Shown: positions 8,456 through 18,935 of the stretch, piece after piece
How positions within the stretch are numbered: position 1 is the first letter of the stretch
Layout: every line of letters starts with the position of its first letter
NCBI GenBank assembly: GCA_963702495.1
Contig: CAVPDA010000006.1
Span: 36,832 to 100,831 of the forward strand
Reading direction: 5' to 3'
DNA length: 64,000 nucleotides
Source of the DNA: an uncultured beta proteobacterium
Lineage (GTDB): Bacteria > Pseudomonadota > Gammaproteobacteria > Burkholderiales > Rhodocyclaceae
Notes under the pieces: generated by a model
Seen by the model: only the letters and a program-made list of their open reading frames with translations
What the model was told of the DNA's origin: nothing
Databases searched by the model: none
Translations under genes and position numbers: made by a program

Positions 8456-8625
8456 GCCGGAACCATGGAGGCTGTCGCGTTGCCTGCGGCCGGAAAACCT
8501 GCCATGTACGAACAAGGGGAGATCCCCTTGTCTATCCCCCCAGCGGGAACGAGGGGGCGCAGTCCCCCCTTGCAAATCCCGAAAAAGGCGTTGGCCCGGC
8601 CCAGGTCTTCGCCAGAACGGTCACG
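8456..8625 (+). repeat. Intergenic repeat, copy 1 (core 8488-8541 with a conserved GGGGAGA-CCCC hairpin)
   Basis: Core ggccggaaaacctgccatgtacgaacaaggggagatccccttgtctatcccccc is about 87% identical to 37868-37921 in the same orientation. The flanks gccggaacca... and ...tcttcgccagaa.cg are also shared. Copy 1 carries an extra ~40-nt internal duplication or hairpin (agggggcgcagtccccct). Confidence 0.6.
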
Positions 8626-8799
8626 TCTGCACCATCAGGAGACGTGGGTCGCGTCGTGCCCAACCGTCGGTTCCGGCCGTGCCGCCGATGCTGATAAGGC
8701 TCATCTATGGCATCATAACCAGAACTCCGGCGTTGCGTATGATCTTGCGCCGGAGTCTGCGGGATTCGTCGTCGTCCATCACCAGGGAGGGGGATCGAG

Positions 8800-9111
8800 A
8801 TGTCATCTGCCGTGTATGAGCGCATTCGCAACAACCCGAAGTTCAACGAACTGGTCATCAAACGCAGCCGGCTGGCGTGGAGCCTGACGGCGATCGTGCT
8901 GGGTATCTACTTCACTTTCGTCATGGTGGTCGCCTTCAATGGCAAGCTGCTCGCGACGCCGCTCGCGGCCGGACTGGTCACCACCATCGCCTGGCCGATC
9001 GGCGCCGGCATGATCCTGCTGTTCTGGCTCATGACCTTCCTCTACATCCGTCGTGCCAACAGCGAGTTCGATGATCTCACCAAGGAAATCGTCAAGGAGG
9101 CCATGAAATGA
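8800..9111 (+). CDS. yjcH: DUF485 inner-membrane protein (YjcH family), partner of ActP
   Basis: 103 aa with two TM helices. Motif [24 protein letters not shown]...[14 protein letters not shown] gggaggggg lies upstream. The stop overlaps the actP start (ATGA). Confidence 0.9.
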   Translation: MSSAVYERIRNNPKFNELVIKRSRLAWSLTAIVLGIYFTFVMVVAFNGKLLATPLAAGLVTTIAWPIGAGMILLFWLMTFLYIRRANSEFDDLTKEIVKEAMK

Positions 9112-10781
9112 GCCGCGCCCTCATTCGACTCGCCTTTGCCGGCGTCGCCGCTTGCGCGGCCGGGCTCGCCCTGGCCGCCCCGGCCGTGGAACAGGCGCAG
9201 AAGCAGCCCCTCAACGTTCATGCCATCGTGATGTTCTTCGTGTTCGTCATGGCGACCCTGGGCATCACCTACTGGGCAGCCAAGCGCACCAAGACGGCGA
9301 GCGACTACTACGCCGCCGGCGGCGGCATCACCGGCACCCAGAACGGTCTGGCAATCGCCGGCGACTACATGTCGGCGGCCACCCTGCTCGGCCTCACCAG
9401 CCTGGTGTACTCCAAGGGCTACGACGGTTTCATCTACTGCATCTGCTTCTACGTCGGCTGGCCGGTGATCCTGTTCATGATGGCGGAGCGGCTGCGCAAC
9501 TTGGGCAAATTCACCTTCGCCGACATCACCTCCTTCCGCCTCGACCAGCGCCAAGTGCGCACCATGGCCGCGATCGGCTCGCTCACGGTGGTCATCTTCT
9601 ACCTCATCGCCCAGATGGTGGGCGCCGGCCAGTTGATCAAGCTGCTGTTCGGCCTCGAGTACTGGATAGCGGTGGTGATCGTCGGCGTGCTGATGGTGAT
9701 CTACGTGACCTTCGGCGGCATGATCGCCACCACCTGGGTGCAGATCATCAAGGCGGTGCTGCTGCTATCGGGCGGCACGGTGACGATGCTGATCGCGTTG
9801 TCGCACTTCGGCTTCAGCTTCGAGACCCTCGTCGCCAAGGCAGTATCGCTGCACAAGGATGGCCCCAAGATCATGGCTCCCGGCACCCTGCTGGCAGACC
9901 CGGTATCGGCGGTGTCACTGTCCCTCGGCCTGATGTTCGGCACGGCCGGCCTGCCCCACATCCTGATGCGCTTCTTCACCGTACCCAACGCCAAGGAGGC
10001 GCGCAAGAGCGTGGTCGTCGCCACCGGCTGCGTCGGCTTCTTCTTCTGCGTGGTGAGCCTGATGGGGCTGGCAGCCATCGTCATCGTCGGCCAGAACCCG
10101 GCCTACTTCGAGGGCGGCAACATCGCCGGCAAGATGATCGGCGGCGGCAACATGCCTGCCATGCATCTGGCACACGCCGTGGGGGGAAATCTCCTGCTGG
10201 GATTCCTGGCCGCAGTCGCCTTCGCCACCATCCTGGCCGTGGTCTCGGGACTGGCGCTGGCCGGCGCCTCCGCCATCTCCCACGACATCTTTGCCAACGT
10301 GATCAAGAAGGGCAAGGTGGCAGAGGGCGAGGAGGTGCGCGTGTCCAAGATTTCCTCTCTCGGCCTCGGCGTGCTGGCGGTGCTGCTGGGCATCGTGTTC
10401 GAGAAGCAGAACATCGCCTTCCTGGTCGGCCTCACCTTCGGCATCGCCGCCTCGTGCAACTTCCCGGTGCTGATCCTCTCCATGTACTGGAAGGGACTTA
10501 CTACCCGCGGCGCGGTATGGGGCGGCATCGCCGGCCTGGTGGCGGCGGTGGCGATCGTCGTGCTCTCGAAGGCGGTGTGGGTCACGGTACTGGGCAACAA
10601 GGACCCGATCTTCCCCTACGAGCAGCCTGCCATCTTCTCCATGCCGCTGGCGTTCTTTGTCGCCTGGCTGGTGTCCACCCTGGATACCAGCGCCCGCGCC
10701 GCGAAGGAGAAGGAAGCCTTCGAAGACCAGTACGTGCGTGCCCAGACGGGCTTCGGGGCCGCCGGCGCCGCAGCCCACTAA
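9108..10781 (+). CDS. actP: Cation/acetate symporter ActP (SSS family)
   Basis: 557-aa polytopic protein. The N-terminal region (signal-like leader, [31 protein letters not shown]) and overall layout are typical of ActP. It is coupled to yjcH. Confidence 0.95.
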   Translation: MSRALIRLAFAGVAACAAGLALAAPAVEQAQKQPLNVHAIVMFFVFVMATLGITYWAAKRTKTASDYYAAGGGITGTQNGLAIAGDYMSAATLLGLTSLVYSKGYDGFIYCICFYVGWPVILFMMAERLRNLGKFTFADITSFRLDQRQVRTMAAIGSLTVVIFYLIAQMVGAGQLIKLLFGLEYWIAVVIVGVLMVIYVTFGGMIATTWVQIIKAVLLLSGGTVTMLIALSHFGFSFETLVAKAVSLHKDGPKIMAPGTLLADPVSAVSLSLGLMFGTAGLPHILMRFFTVPNAKEARKSVVVATGCVGFFFCVVSLMGLAAIVIVGQNPAYFEGGNIAGKMIGGGNMPAMHLAHAVGGNLLLGFLAAVAFATILAVVSGLALAGASAISHDIFANVIKKGKVAEGEEVRVSKISSLGLGVLAVLLGIVFEKQNIAFLVGLTFGIAASCNFPVLILSMYWKGLTTRGAVWGGIAGLVAAVAIVVLSKAVWVTVLGNKDPIFPYEQPAIFSMPLAFFVAWLVSTLDTSARAAKEKEAFEDQYVRAQTGFGAAGAAAH

Positions 10782-10828
10782 CCGGCGCACGCCAGGCCGA
10801 CCGCTGCCGCCCGGTTCGATGGGCAGAC

Positions 10829-10853
10829 TCCCTCTCCCCTCGCGGGAGAGGGA
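10829..10853 (+). terminator. Perfect 10-bp stem-loop downstream of actP (REP-like or terminator hairpin)
   Basis: tccctctccc-ctcgc-gggagaggga, 48 nt after the actP stop. No U-tract follows, so it may be a REP-type element or an mRNA stabiliser rather than an intrinsic terminator. Confidence 0.45.
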
Positions 10854-11280
10854 CAGGCAGAGGCGGGCGGCGGCCGCCTTTTCCCCAATTCCGCCACTGC
10901 AGAGGCGCTCGTCCCCAGGGCCGCAGAAACCCGTCAGGCAGCGCTCGGTCGGCTCTCAGACGACCTGGCCCAAGGTCTTGGTGGCGGCTGCCTCGACCTG
11001 TTTGATCTGGCTGGTTTGCAGGTCATCAGCCGTACCAGAGGCCGCGCTGTTCACGTCCTCGGTCATGCACCGTCCAGAGTTCCCGGCACCGAGCGACAGG
11101 GCGAAACACGCGATCGTCTCGAAGAGCCGACAGGGTTGCCCTTCGAGAATGTGCCAGCGATTCCACTGCGGCGCCGCGTACGTGACCGGTCTCGGCGGTA
11201 TCTCCCTTCGGTAGGGCGAGCGAAACCAAGCCAATTCCGGCGATTCGGCCGACACTGGCGCAGCGTGCAAGTCGATCGTC

Positions 11281-11871
11281 TTACAAAACGCTATCCGGCT
11301 GGGCCCCGAATACAAGGCTTTCTTCGATCCCAAGTTGATCCGCAACATACCGGGCGATGGTCTGATTGAGCCAATTGGGCTGGTGCGCGTCCGAACTGAG
11401 GACAAACCGGAAGCGGTGGGCGTGAGGCGCGTAGTAGGCCCGCCAGTTGCCGCGCCAGATATATCGGTTGTTGAGCTCTACCAGGCAGGCAGGTGGGACG
11501 CGCTCAAGCCGAGTACCCAGGGCGTCCGGGTGCGCGATGATGACCGGTTTCCCCGTATCCAGCAGACGTTCCAGCGCCACGTAGTCAGCATCGGTGTCGT
11601 AGCAGTGCACGACATAGTACTCGACGGGCGCCTCCCGCGCAGCGGCAACCCAGGTGTGCCCATTGACCTCGGTGCCCACGCGCAAACCCGCCTGCCGCAC
11701 TGCATCGGCGTAGGCATCGATCCGCCCATCCACCAGGTATTCCAAGTGATCGCTGATGCCGACGATCATGGCGTGTCGGACCTGTGCGACAAGTTCGACG
11801 GACTGCTCGGCCACGACCGCGCTGTCGCCGCGCGACCAGATGGTATGAATATGCAGGTCTTGCACAAGCAT
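11281..11871 (-). CDS. PHP (polymerase/histidinol-phosphatase) domain metal-dependent phosphoesterase
   Basis: 196 aa. MLVQDLHIHTIWSRGD (HxH), ISDHLEY, VVHCYD, IIAHPD, LSSDAHQ: the PHP metal-ligand pattern. Confidence 0.8.
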   Translation of the reverse strand: MLVQDLHIHTIWSRGDSAVVAEQSVELVAQVRHAMIVGISDHLEYLVDGRIDAYADAVRQAGLRVGTEVNGHTWVAAAREAPVEYYVVHCYDTDADYVALERLLDTGKPVIIAHPDALGTRLERVPPACLVELNNRYIWRGNWRAYYAPHAHRFRFVLSSDAHQPNWLNQTIARYVADQLGIEESLVFGAQPDSVL

Positions 11872-12536
11872 CGGCGGCGTCCGTCCTGCGTCACTGAGCC
11901 GAAGATTGTGTCACGCCGCATGGGCATCGACCATGTTTGTTTCGGTACAACGCGGGCACGCTCGCCGCCGGAGTCAATGATGGCGTCGAGCCGCACTCGC
12001 TGGTCAGGGGGCCGCGAATCGCGCTGAGCGGGGATCGGGTTTCACTCCGGCAAGGCAGTCAAGCCAGTTGAAAGAGGGATTCCGCCTCTCGCCCGGGTCG
12101 ATGGGGACGACGCACCGCTCCGTGCGGTCGATGACGAGGCGCCTCAGGCAGGACGGATCTTGGCGCTGGAACCCCAGGCTCGTGCGCTGGCCGGATCCGA
12201 TGTAGCGCAGGTACATCGCTTCTTCGGCGAGGGCATTCGGCGGGTCGGCCCTGCAGCCACTGGAAAAGCGCCGCCTTTTCACGGCGCACCCCCATTCCGG
12301 ACGGACCGGAAGCGCCAACGAATCATTTATGAGCATGCAATCCACGCCAGGCGCCGCGCCGCCATCGCCGCCACCCGCTCGCCGACGCACGTCCAGACCG
12401 CCCCCGGCAAGGCCCACGCTGGATAACAAGTTCTTCGCCGGTCTTGTCCAGACATCCCTCGCAAGGGACTGGAGTACTGGCATCGGTGAGCATAAGATTG
12501 CCATGCGCTGATCGGCTTATCAGGAGGGGATGGGCC

Positions 12537-14708
12537 ATGCACGAGAGAAACGAAGGCGTCGGGAGCGGCGCCAAGGACGTGCGGCGGGCGGCGCAGGCGC
12601 TCGCCCGCTACGTTCCGGCGCGGCTCGCACCATTGGCGCGGGCCGCCTACAACTTCCATTGGGTTTGGCACCCGGACGGTGAGCGGGTATTTCGCGCTGT
12701 CGACAGCCACCGCTGGCGCTTGTGCCGCCAGAATCCGGTGCGCTTTCTGCACGAAGCATCTCAGGATTCGCTGGAACGAGCCGCGTCGGACCTGTCTCTG
12801 GTCGCGCGCGCGGAGGCCCTGCGCGACGCCCTGGAGGAAGAGCTGGCGCGGCCACCGCGCGACGACGGGGTGGCCTCCTTGGAACACCCCATCGCATTCT
12901 TCTGCGCCGAGTTTGGTCTGCATCGCTCTCTGCCGGTCTATTCGGGCGGGCTCGGCGTCCTGGCGGGCGACATCTTGAAGGAAGCGTCGGATCGGGCCCT
13001 GCCGATAGTCGGCGTGGGACTGATGTACCGGCAGGGGTACTTCCACCAGCGTGTCGATGCGGGAGGCTGGCAGCACGAGTACTGGTACGGGGCCGATCCG
13101 GAACGTCGCCCGTGCGCCATGATCACAGACGAGGACGGCCGTCCGCTCACGGTCCAGGTACCGCTCTGGGACGAGGAAGTGTCGGTCAACGTGTGGCGGG
13201 CCGAAGTTGGCAGGGTGCCGCTGTTTCTGCTTGACGCCGAATTGCCCGAGAACACGCCGCGCCAGCGCTTCGTCACCGCTCGCCTCTACGAAGGCAATCG
13301 TCAGATTCGCCTGGCCCAGTATGCGCTGCTGGGCATCGGCGGGATACGCGTCCTGGATGCACTGGGGATCGACCCGTCCCTCATCCACATGAATGAAGGC
13401 CACCCGGCCGCGGCCACGATGGAGTTGATCGCGCAGGAGAAGGAGCACGGCGCGAGCTTCGACGAAGCCCGCGAGAAGGTGCGCCGACGAGTCGTCTTTA
13501 CCACCCACACCCCCGTGCCCGCAGGCAATGAAACCTACTCCGGCGACGAGATTTCGACGGTCTTCCCCGGCCTGGCACGGCGCCTGGGCAGCGACATGGA
13601 ACGTCTCCTGTCCCTGGGCCGCTTCAACGCCGCCAGTCGCGACGAACCCATTGGCATGACCGCCCTCGCGATGCGCATGAGCCGCTCGACCAACGGCGTC
13701 AGCCAGATCCATGGTGGCATATCGCGCCGCATGTGGCAGGGGCTGTATCCTGGTCGCTCTGCCGAAGAGGTGCCTATCACTCACGTCACCAACGGCGTGC
13801 ACCTGCCGAGCTGGATATCGCCGCTCATGCGTCGTCTCCTGGATGATTACCTCGCACCAGGCTGGCATACCCAGGATCGGGTCACCGATCCCGCCACGTG
13901 GAACGGTGTCAACAATATCCCAGATGAACGATTGTGGGCTGTGAGGCAGGAGTACGCCAAATGGCTGGAGCATTGGGTCAAGTCCAAGACCGTGACCGAC
14001 CGGCTCACGCGCGGCGATGCAATGCAGTACGCCATGAAGGCCGCCAACACCTTCGATCGCGAGGTGCTGACACTGGGATTCGCACGCCGGCTGGCAACCT
14101 ACAAGCGGCTTCATCTGCTGATACAGGATCCGGACAGGATGCTGCGCCTGCTGGCGGCGCCCCACCCCATACAGCTGCTGTTCGCCGGCAAGGCTCACCC
14201 CCGCGATGATGACGCCAAGCGCGTCCTGGTCAGCATGTTCAATCTGAAGTCCGACCCGCGCCTCGGCGGCCGGGTCGCCTTCCTCGAGGATTACGACATG
14301 GGCTTGGCAAGCATTCTGACGAACGGGTGCGGCGTCTGGATCAACCTGCCGCGGCCGCCCCTGGAAGCGAGCGGCACCAGCGGCATCAAAGCCGCATTCA
14401 ACGGCGTGTTGAACTTAAGCGTGCTCGATGGCTGGTGGGCCGAAGCCTACGACGGCAGCAACGGCTGGGCAATCGACGGCACGGAGGATGCCAACGCCGC
14501 GTACAAGGATGCCCGCGATGCGGCCGCCTTATACGAGCTGCTGGAACGGGAAGTCATACCCCTGTACTACGACCGCGATGCCGCAGGCATCCCGCGCGGC
14601 TGGATCGCGCGCATCAAGGCATCCCTGCGCAGCATAGGGCCGCGGTTCTGCGCGACGCGGATGCTGGACCAGTACGTGCACAAGATATACGCAGCCGCAC
14701 CGCCATGA
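12537..14708 (+). CDS. glgP: Alpha-glucan (glycogen/maltodextrin) phosphorylase, GT35, DUF3417-type N-terminus
   Basis: SD aggagggg lies 8 nt before the ATG at 12537. Motifs: YNFHWVWHPDGERVF, IAFFCAEFGLHRSLPVYSGGLGVLAGDILKEASD, VFTTHTPVPAGNE, FAGKAHPRDDDAK (PLP-Lys region), EASGTSGIKAAFNGVLNLSVLDGWW. Confidence 0.9.
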   Translation: MHERNEGVGSGAKDVRRAAQALARYVPARLAPLARAAYNFHWVWHPDGERVFRAVDSHRWRLCRQNPVRFLHEASQDSLERAASDLSLVARAEALRDALEEELARPPRDDGVASLEHPIAFFCAEFGLHRSLPVYSGGLGVLAGDILKEASDRALPIVGVGLMYRQGYFHQRVDAGGWQHEYWYGADPERRPCAMITDEDGRPLTVQVPLWDEEVSVNVWRAEVGRVPLFLLDAELPENTPRQRFVTARLYEGNRQIRLAQYALLGIGGIRVLDALGIDPSLIHMNEGHPAAATMELIAQEKEHGASFDEAREKVRRRVVFTTHTPVPAGNETYSGDEISTVFPGLARRLGSDMERLLSLGRFNAASRDEPIGMTALAMRMSRSTNGVSQIHGGISRRMWQGLYPGRSAEEVPITHVTNGVHLPSWISPLMRRLLDDYLAPGWHTQDRVTDPATWNGVNNIPDERLWAVRQEYAKWLEHWVKSKTVTDRLTRGDAMQYAMKAANTFDREVLTLGFARRLATYKRLHLLIQDPDRMLRLLAAPHPIQLLFAGKAHPRDDDAKRVLVSMFNLKSDPRLGGRVAFLEDYDMGLASILTNGCGVWINLPRPPLEASGTSGIKAAFNGVLNLSVLDGWWAEAYDGSNGWAIDGTEDANAAYKDARDAAALYELLEREVIPLYYDRDAAGIPRGWIARIKASLRSIGPRFCATRMLDQYVHKIYAAAPP

Positions 14709-15084
14709 AAGGCCAGGGGGTTGCTCGGCTGCCCAGCCGTTAGGCCATGCGTCACCACGAAGGCGGCGACCCGTCTTCCAGTGCGCCGCAGCACTTTCGC
14801 ATGCTGCCACAAGGCGGTCCGAGGCAAGACCATCAAATTTCGCCATCGACTGCAACTGGCAACTGGCGCCTATCTCCGGACCCGGCTTACCGCAGCCATT
14901 CATCCTTCGCGGAATACGGCGTCCTGAATGACAGGAACACCCCGGGTAGCGGACGTTCACGGTGGGGTGGTGGTCTCCCGCGGTTCGGCCGCCACTGCTG
15001 TTCCATCGCTAGCCGGTACAGTAACGAGCGGCAGTCGCACCGGCTGCTGCGCTTGCGCGACCGACCCCGGGACTGCGGCGAACC

Positions 15085-15522
15085 CTATGCCTGCGAGCCG
15101 GGAAATCCATCCGCATATTTGCTGATCCACTCCAGCGCGGCCTGCTCCTCGTCGAGCGCGCGGCCTTCGATTTCGCGCACACGGTTGCGGTAGTCCTCGA
15201 TGTGGCAGATCTGCTCGACCATGCGTGCCGCGTAGGCGTCCCTGGGGGCGACAAACTGCATCCCGAGCTCGTAGCCGGCGCCGCATCCCTGGCACCAGAC
15301 GACGCGGGCGCGCGTCTCGAACGGCGGGAACACAATGGGGATGCGCACGCTCACCATGGCTCCGGGCGGAAGCGGTTGAGCCGATTCGCAGGCGAGCCCG
15401 CCGAGGCCGACATCCCTGAGCCGGCGCCGCCCGGCATCGGCGCCGGTTGCGGCGGTGATCTCGATCGGAATCCCGCTCGGATGGCGCATGTACGACCGCC
15501 GCGTCCTTCCTGAGGCCCTCAT
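15085..15522 (-). CDS. PilZ-domain protein (c-di-GMP receptor-like)
   Basis: ATG at 15520-15522 with SD gagaggggg. RRSYMRHP (RxxxR) and DVGLGGLAC (D/NxSxxG-like). Beta-barrel core VSVRIPIVFPPFETRARVVWCQG. The track ORF 15085-15681 is an upstream extension of the same frame. Confidence 0.75.
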   Translation of the reverse strand: MRASGRTRRSYMRHPSGIPIEITAATGADAGRRRLRDVGLGGLACESAQPLPPGAMVSVRIPIVFPPFETRARVVWCQGCGAGYELGMQFVAPRDAYAARMVEQICHIEDYRNRVREIEGRALDEEQAALEWISKYADGFPGSQA

Positions 15523-15869
15523 GATCGTGCCCCCTCTCTTGCAAAGGGTCATTATTCGCGAATGCTGCGGCCGTTCCCATGCTGTCCCCGGTGTGTTCCA
15601 ACTCCGCCGGCATCCGCTAAACTGCGTACCGGATTGCGGGCCCGGCCACCTTGAAACACACCGCTTAGCGCGGCGCGACATCGAATCGGCAATCGCTCGG
15701 GACGCGACGGGGCGCGTGCCGGCCTGGTTAAGGGAGCCGACCGACGATCTCGAACGGGACCTGGCAGCCAGGCTTCCCGCTGCCGATCGGAACCCTGTGG
15801 GTGTTGATCTTCAGGTCAGGTGCGTGGCCTGTCTGTTCCCGGATGTCGAGCTTACACCGCGCGCAAATG

Positions 15870-15897
15870 CAGGAGCCCCGGGTTGCCGGGGCTCCTG
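15870..15897 (-). terminator. Intrinsic terminator candidate for cspA
   Basis: Perfect 12-bp GC-rich stem caggagccccgg-gttg-ccggggctcctg, 16 nt past the cspA stop. On the minus strand it is followed by cattt. Confidence 0.55.
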
Positions 15898-15912
15898 GGC
15901 CTGGCGGGAGGC

Positions 15913-16116
15913 TTACTCCGGCTTGATATTCGCCGCCTGCTTGCCCTTGGGGCCGGTCGTCACGTCGAAGGACACCGTCTGCCCTTCCTTGAGCGACTTG
16001 AAGCCGCCCGCCTGGATGGCGGAGAAGTGAGCGAACAGATCCTCGCCGCCGCCGTCCGGCGTAATGAAACCGAAGCCCTTTGCATCATTGAACCACTTGA
16101 CCTTGCCAGTTGCCAT
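15913..16116 (-). CDS. cspA: Cold-shock protein, CspA family
   Basis: 67 aa: [67 protein letters not shown]1 and RNP2 motifs are present. Confidence 0.95.
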   Translation of the reverse strand: MATGKVKWFNDAKGFGFITPDGGGEDLFAHFSAIQAGGFKSLKEGQTVSFDVTTGPKGKQAANIKPE

Positions 16117-16182
16117 TGTCGTTTCCTGTTGAAGGTTGTCCGGGAGAATCCCCCTACGGCCCGACATCAAGAACGAAACAAC

Positions 16183-16263
16183 GGGCATTGACCATCGTTC
16201 TCACATCTTGAAGCGTGTCGCTGCGCCCATTGGACACGATAGCGCGATAGCGCGTCAATGCCC
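16183..16263 (-). promoter_or_regulatory. Possible structured cspA 5' leader (10-bp inverted repeat)
   Basis: gggcattgac (16183-16192) pairs with gtcaatgccc (16254-16263), 67-147 nt upstream of the cspA ATG. This is the range where long cspA leaders are known to fold. Confidence 0.3.
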
Positions 16264-17142
16264 TGCCTAGTGCTGCAGTGCAATGCGTTCCTTGCGATCC
16301 GTCCGTCCGCCAACGATGCCGGTTACATGGACAACCACGTACGGCGTGGAGATGTTCGATTTCCAGCAGGACGGCAAGCGCCGCCAAGAGGGCGAGGAAC
16401 GGGGGATGGCAGGTCAAAGACAGCATTCTGGTGTTCTTTGGTCCGGATGGAACGCGCTGGGGCGTTCTGGAGGGCGCCGTTGACGAGAACGAATTGCGCA
16501 TGGCTTTGGACAATGCGTTTTCGCTGAAGCGTTGACCGGTACCGCTGGACGGCGCCTGGGTGATGCGGCCGTGCCACGAGATCCGGGCCGGGAAGTCGAT
16601 CGCAACGCCTTGAGCGTTTTCCTGCAGTCAGGGACGATGGCCATCGTATGGCCGGTTATCGCCCGATGGCGGCCTCCAGTTAGACAAGCGGCGGCCGATG
16701 GAGCCGAACTGTGCCGTGCTGACACTCGCTGCTTCCACCGTTGATTCCGGGGAGTACTTGGCGTGGGGAAATTCCCCAAGACCGGGGGGAATTTGGGTGG
16801 GGACATTCGACTTTCAGGCCGCCCCCAAACTGCCCCCCCCCCGGCTGTCTATTCACGCCTTCGCGCCATTGCCCCTGGCACACCGTGCCACACGTTTCAG
16901 ATGGATCAATTGGCACGCTGTGTGCATAGCGCAACCACAAGGCGCATTGATATCAAGGGCAGGTCGGGAGTGCCTCCGCCATCGCTTCGCCAGGCGGAGA
17001 CCGGACGCTCACCCCGTGCGGGTGGGCGCGCAGCCCTGACGACGTTTCGGGCAGTCGGCCGAAGGCAGTCTGAAGGAATCAAGCTCGACGGATTGTGCGG
17101 TGCGAAGCCCACGAAGCACTTCCCGAGATGTTGGAGCCATCC

Positions 17143-17541
17143 ATGATCGATCAACAGGTTGTACGAGAATTCCCGAATGAATGGATCGAGGCATGGAACA
17201 ACCATGATCCGGATCGATTCCTTTCTCGCGTCTCCGACGACTTCGAGGTGTGGGCACCGGCCACGCACGAAGTCACGGGTGAGTCTGTCGACATTCTCAG
17301 GGGCAAGGCGGCGTTGGCCGACTATTGGGACAGCGCACGTCGGTTGATTCCCGATTTGCACTTCGAGCGCGTCACCACACTATTCCTGAGAGACAGCGTC
17401 ACCCTGTACTACAAGGGGGTCGGCGGAAGGCTCGCTGCGGAAACATTCTTCTTCGACTCCGACTGCAAGGTTTGCCGGGTGCTCACAATGCTCGGCGAGT
17501 TCCTGTCGATCGGCCGCGCGAGTGGCATTCGGTCTGGCTGA
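17143..17541 (+). CDS. SnoaL-like / NTF2-fold protein
   Basis: MIDQQVVREFPNEWIEAWNNHDPDRFLSRVSDDFEVW...LRGKAALADYW: the typical SnoaL/DUF4440 N-terminal pattern. ggag lies upstream of the ATG at 17143. The ORF is open from 17095. Confidence 0.6.
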   Translation: MIDQQVVREFPNEWIEAWNNHDPDRFLSRVSDDFEVWAPATHEVTGESVDILRGKAALADYWDSARRLIPDLHFERVTTLFLRDSVTLYYKGVGGRLAAETFFFDSDCKVCRVLTMLGEFLSIGRASGIRSG

Positions 17542-18032
17542 TGCACGCAGCGCAAGGCCCATCGTGCCAGCGTCGGGACGATGTGTGCCCCGCGCACCGT
17601 CCGCCAGGGTTCGCCACTCCGGCCTGTGCCTGATGGGCGATTGCGGCCAACTCCGGTCGCTCGCGTGTCGTTCAAGGCGACGACTTGAGCGTCAGCATCG
17701 CCCCCGAAAGCCGAAGTTCGTGACGGCCCGGTGATCACCCGCAGCGGTCGAAAGGACGAGCCAGTCCGATGTTCTGCAAACCGATAGTCGTGCCCAGCAT
17801 ATGGGATCGTCACCGCAACCACCGCATCAAGCGCAGTATCGCGATGATTCGGGAACCGGTCCGGTATCGTCCGGGCACCTGCGAGCACTTCCGCGGCGCC
17901 GGTCCGATTGACCACCAGATGATGTAGCGATACATTCCCAGTTGATGGCATAAGGGGGACGTTGATCTTCCTGGGTCCGGCGAGCCGATGGTGCGTGCGC
18001 GCTATGCGCGACCAAGTCGAAGGAGAGCGAGA

Positions 18033-18935
<903 letters not shown>

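Noticed and set aside
6275-8887. 870-aa plus-strand ORF
   Set aside because: It lies antisense to the sensor-exonuclease gene. Shadow ORF.
10956-11066. 36-aa ORF (MTEDVNSAASGTADDLQTSQIKQVEAAATKTLGQVV) downstream of the PHP gene, with decent GC3
   Set aside because: It is too short, has no clear SD and belongs to no recognisable family. It cannot be supported from sequence alone.
12390-12480. Possible third, degenerate copy of the intergenic repeat upstream of glgP (aacaagttcttcgccgg...cttgtccagacatccctc)
   Set aside because: Only short, non-collinear word matches to the 8.5-kb and 37.9-kb copies are present. This is not convincing without an alignment tool.
12327-14198. 623-aa ORF on the minus strand
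   Set aside because: It lies antisense to the well-supported glgP gene. The sequence is Arg/Ala/Gly/His-rich with no recognisable motifs, which is typical of a GC-rich shadow ORF.
16278-16535. 85-aa ORF whose tail (VKDSILVFFGPDGTRWGVLEGAVDENELRMALDNAF) resembles the C-terminus of a thioredoxin-fold protein
   Set aside because: The N-terminal two thirds are Arg-rich nonsense, and there is no CxxC motif or plausible start. At best it is a gene shard.
16946-16955. ttgatatcaa, resembling FNR/CRP half-sites
   Set aside because: The half-sites abut without the 4-nt spacer of TTGAT-N4-ATCAA, and no gene start is nearby.
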